Positions 62,601 to 64,000 of a stretch of 64,000 bases of DNA are shown one piece after another. This stretch comes from Squalus acanthias. Its lineage: Eukaryota. Where the stretch lies: positions 35,030,001 to 35,094,000 of the forward strand of contig CM059449.1 of the NCBI GenBank assembly GCA_030390025.1, written 5' to 3'. The notes beneath the pieces were generated by a model. The model was given only the letters and a program-made list of their open reading frames with translations, searched no databases and was not told the origin of the DNA. The position numbers were made by a program, and so were the translations under genes. Every line of letters begins with the position of its first letter. Position 1 is the first letter of the stretch.

Positions 62601-64000
62601 TGCCGTTTCTTAGCTTCACCCAAACTGATTCTACTTCTTGATTTTCGGATGCTAAGATCTTTTCTCACTACTGTCTGTATCCCATCCTTTATTATCAGGG
62701 CTACGCCATCCTCCTTTTCCATTTTGCCTATCTCTTCTAAAAGTTTAGTATACTGGAATATTTAGTTCCCAACCTTGGTCATTTTACAACCATGTCTCTG
62801 TAACCGCATTTAGATTAAAGTTACTCATTTTTATCTGCGCTATTAATTCATTTACAGCGCCTTTAGATTTGACTTTGTCCTAGTTTTCCCTGATGACACC
62901 TTAGTCACTGATAACCTATTACCTTTGTTACTTTCTCTGTCCCTTCCTGGCCCACTCTGCTTATTTTTACTCAAAATTCTGCTCTGCTCTTGAGGCTTTA
63001 AATTTCCATTGAGCTTTTAAATTTACACTTTCCTGAATCCTCCCACAAAACTCTCCTGCTTCATTATTTTAAAGCCCTGTCTACTGCCTTAGTAATTCGA
63101 TTCGTCAGGATTCTGCTTCCAGCCTGGTTTATTTGGAGCCCATACCAACGGAACAGCCACTTTTCCCCCCAGAACTGGTGCCAGTAGCCCAAGAAGCAAA
63201 ACCCCTGCCTCCCACCTCAATATTTCCGCAATGCATTTAACCTTCTAATCTGTTTATCCCTGTGCCTATTGGCACCTGGTTCAAGTAACAATCCAGAGAT
63301 TATTACCTTTGAGGTTCTGCTTTTTAATTTGGTCCCCAACTCCTCACCTCCCTCAGCAGTACCTCCTTTCTAGTTCTACCTATGTTGTTGGTTCCTACGT
63401 GGACCCCGGCATCTGGATCCTCCTCTTCCCACTCCAAGCTCTTCCCCAGCCACAACGAGCTGTCCTTAAACCTGGCTCTGGGCAGGCAACGCAACCGTCT
63501 GTACTCCCTGCCGTGGCTGCAGAAAAGAGTATCTATCCCCTTGACTATACAGTTCCCTACCTCTACCACATTCCTTTGAACTCCCACGAATTGAATTGCC
63601 TCCTGTACCATGGTGCCGTGGTCAGATTGCCCATCCTCCTGCAGTCTTTGTTCTAATCCGTACAGGTAGAAACTACCTCTTACCTGTTGTAAAAGGCCAA
63701 GGAATAAGGCTCCTCCTTCACTATATCCTGGGTCTCCATACCTTCCTGACACGCAGTCACAACCTCCTGCCCCTGACCATTGACTAACTCTAAAGTAATT
63801 AACCTAAGGGGTTTGAATGCTTCCTGGAACAAAGTGTCAAGTAACTTTCCTCCTCCCTGATGCATCGCAATGTCTGCAGCTCGGACTCCTGCTCAACAAC
63901 TCTGAGCCGAAGTTCCTGAAGTTGTAGGCACTTATCGCAGTTGTGCTTGCCCCTTCTCTTGCCGTCGTTCAGGTAAGCTCTGCCCATGGCCTTTTCTCAT
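59680..64000 (-). mobile_element. Near full-length decayed CR1 LINE (ORF1 Cys motif/esterase, EN, RT), interrupted by a MITE at ~61276-61781
   Basis: [71 protein letters not shown]. Confidence 0.9.

Overview
Vertebrate genomic DNA, almost certainly cartilaginous fish (HE1-type V-SINE, abundant CR1/HER1-type LINEs, shark-type two-exon GPR139-like receptors), with MHC class I-region-like gene content. From left to right: (1) the last (B30.2/PRY-SPRY) exon of a TRIM-type gene in a block of minisatellites; (2) a spliced non-classical MHC class I heavy-chain gene on + with alpha1, alpha2, alpha3 and TM exons, preceded by three candidate leader exons and promoters, two of them from a ~1.2 kb local duplication; (3) a decayed PIF/Harbinger element that keeps its Myb/SANT gene, plus many related MITEs; (4) a small cluster of GPR139/142-like rhodopsin GPCRs: one intact two-exon gene on -, one pseudogene exon 2 on -, and one orphan promoter plus exon 1 on +; (5) Penelope-like elements (PLEs): a young Neptune-type element with an open RT + GIY-YIG frame and ~480 bp inverted pLTRs nested in an older PLE, a palindromic mini-copy and a solo pLTR. 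All three young insertions have ~11 bp target duplications, and the pLTRs carry minimal hammerhead ribozyme motifs. An N-gap (24508-24996) lies inside the class I gene. All calls come from manual reading; no searches were run.
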